This document shows positions 20,301 through 21,987 of a stretch of 21,987 bases of DNA, piece by piece. The translations under genes and the position numbers were made by a program. Source of the DNA: Octopus sinensis. Taxonomy: Eukaryota. The notes beneath the pieces were generated by a model. It did not search any database. It was not told the origin of the DNA and worked only from the letters and a program-made list of their open reading frames with translations. The stretch spans positions 1 to 21,987 of the forward strand of contig NW_021823566.1 of assembly GCF_006345805.1 (NCBI RefSeq). Reading direction: 5' to 3'. The stretch's first letter is position 1. Each line of letters starts with the position of its first letter.

Positions 20301-20627
20301 ATAGTTAATTTAAGGGTGACTATGTAAGTGTAAATACGTTGCAACCGCTGCGATAATTATTAACTGGTAATTGAACGGTAAATGTGTATTTTTATATATC
20401 TTTGCCACCTCATTGTTTTTGTCAAGAGTTTTACCTCCAGGAGTCGCAACTTCGATAAGGGGGAAAATGTGTAACCTTTGACGTCAATAAATTGTTATTG
20501 TTCCTGACTGTTCCCTCTCGAGTCGACTTCTTGTTTCTTTACCTGCCACGGACTGCTTGAAGCTTACAAACTTCTTACACTTGGATCCCTGGATCTTACT
20601 CTTATATACACAAATACGAACCACACC

Positions 20628-20640
20628 ACACACACACACA

Positions 20641-20713
<73 letters not shown>

Positions 20714-20761
20714 TAAATAGATAGATAGATAGACAGATAGCTAGCTAGCTAGCTAGCTAGC

Positions 20762-20827
<66 letters not shown>

Positions 20828-20838
20828 TAGATAGATAT
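20628..20838. repeat. Compound (CA)(TA)(GA)(GATA)(GCTA)(GATA) microsatellite
   Basis: Directly visible. Confidence 0.95.
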
Positions 20839-20870
20839 AACTTACAGAAGTATCTATCTATGACAATTCA

Positions 20871-20952
20871 AAACTAACAGGACATGAGAAATGAAAGAAG
20901 CAGGAAAAGTAGCCCAGAATCGAATATACCGGAGAAAATTCGTTGATAGCTA
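20871..20952 (+). mobile_element. Possible old RTE C-terminal relic
   Basis: KEAGKVAQNRIYRRKFVDS resembles the RTE terminal ..A..AQ[D/N]R..WR..V motif, but it is short and the conserved W is absent. Confidence 0.3.
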
Positions 20953-21987
20953 TAGATAGATTGAATGTCTAAAGCAAGTGCCTTTACGTAGAAAACGAAC
21001 TCGACTCCAAAAGAAGGCAAACGGTAAGTTATATCAGCAACAGCCATCTTGATTTCTTGGTCTTTCTTTGATTTCCATTTGTGAGCTTAGCTTTATTGAC
21101 AGACAAAACTTGATGAACTGGATGATGCACACAAATAGTTTAATTAGTTAATTCCGCAGATAGTTTGTTATACGAAATATGAATCTGATATTAAATGAAG
21201 TAAAACTTCGCCATTAGAATCGTTGATTTCATATAAGTAGTTTGTATGAATTAGGGCGCGCACACAAACGCAGACGATTCATTGTATGATAAATAACTGT
21301 GTGAAGTAAGATCACACACGATGTTGTGTGGACGAAGAAAAGGAGTTGATTTTACGCTCTCTTCTGGTTGAAGACCATATTGTATGAAGTTCACATTTGA
21401 TTGTTCTTGCAAACATTCCCCTCGGTTTCCTTTCGTTTGTTCTGTTCTGTTCATTAATTGTATAACCTTTCATTGATTCTTGCTTCCATCCCTAAAAAAC
21501 CTATGATCCCATGACTTCTATTTTTGCCCCTGTAAACATAATTTTATCTTTCACGTTTGCACGAAAAAACCAAAGAAATAACAAATGAATAAAAGTATAA
21601 GACAACAATGCCAAACACAAATTCTTTACAAATATTATTTTGATAAAAGCAAAACACCGCCGGATTTATCTATATACACACGTGTGTGCGTGTGTATAAT
21701 AATAATAATAATAATAATGATGATGATGATGATGAATAGTAAGCGATAGTGTATGGAATTCCCCTTTTGACAGCGGTCGTCTGCTAGATTAATGGAGTCT
21801 TATCATCACGAACTCTGCCGTTGTCTTCATTGTCAACTTCGTGATGTGAGCCACAAAAATGGACGACATTCCAACAACTACAGTTACAACTACAATAAAT
21901 AATAATGATGATGATGATGATAAAATGATGATAGGGAGGAGGGGGAGAGTGATTTCTATATTTTTTAATAATGATTTCTTATATTGG

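Noticed and set aside
21251-21454. 67-aa minus-strand ORF in complex sequence
   Set aside because: No recognisable motif or splice context, and the length is expected by chance.

Overview
Eukaryotic, AT-rich, gene-poor DNA (intronic or intergenic) packed with microsatellites and transposable-element relics. The SINE sequences and repeat landscape look like an octopus/cephalopod genome; this comes from my recall of the families, not from a search. No intact protein-coding gene is supported, and almost all ORFs in the track are translated simple repeats. Supported elements are: at least three tRNA-derived SINE families (about 12 copies or fragments), an RTE LINE 3' end nested in a SINE with a 12-bp TSD, and an internally deleted CR1-group LINE (minus strand) whose endonuclease is preceded in frame by a CCCH zinc finger. 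There are also several mariner relics and MITEs, a complete non-autonomous Helitron, and several 3'-UTR fragments sharing one tail motif. The most notable unexplained signal is a minimal hammerhead ribozyme core at 12535-12570 of the type associated with Penelope-like elements. One candidate small host exon (19353-19431, +) is noted.
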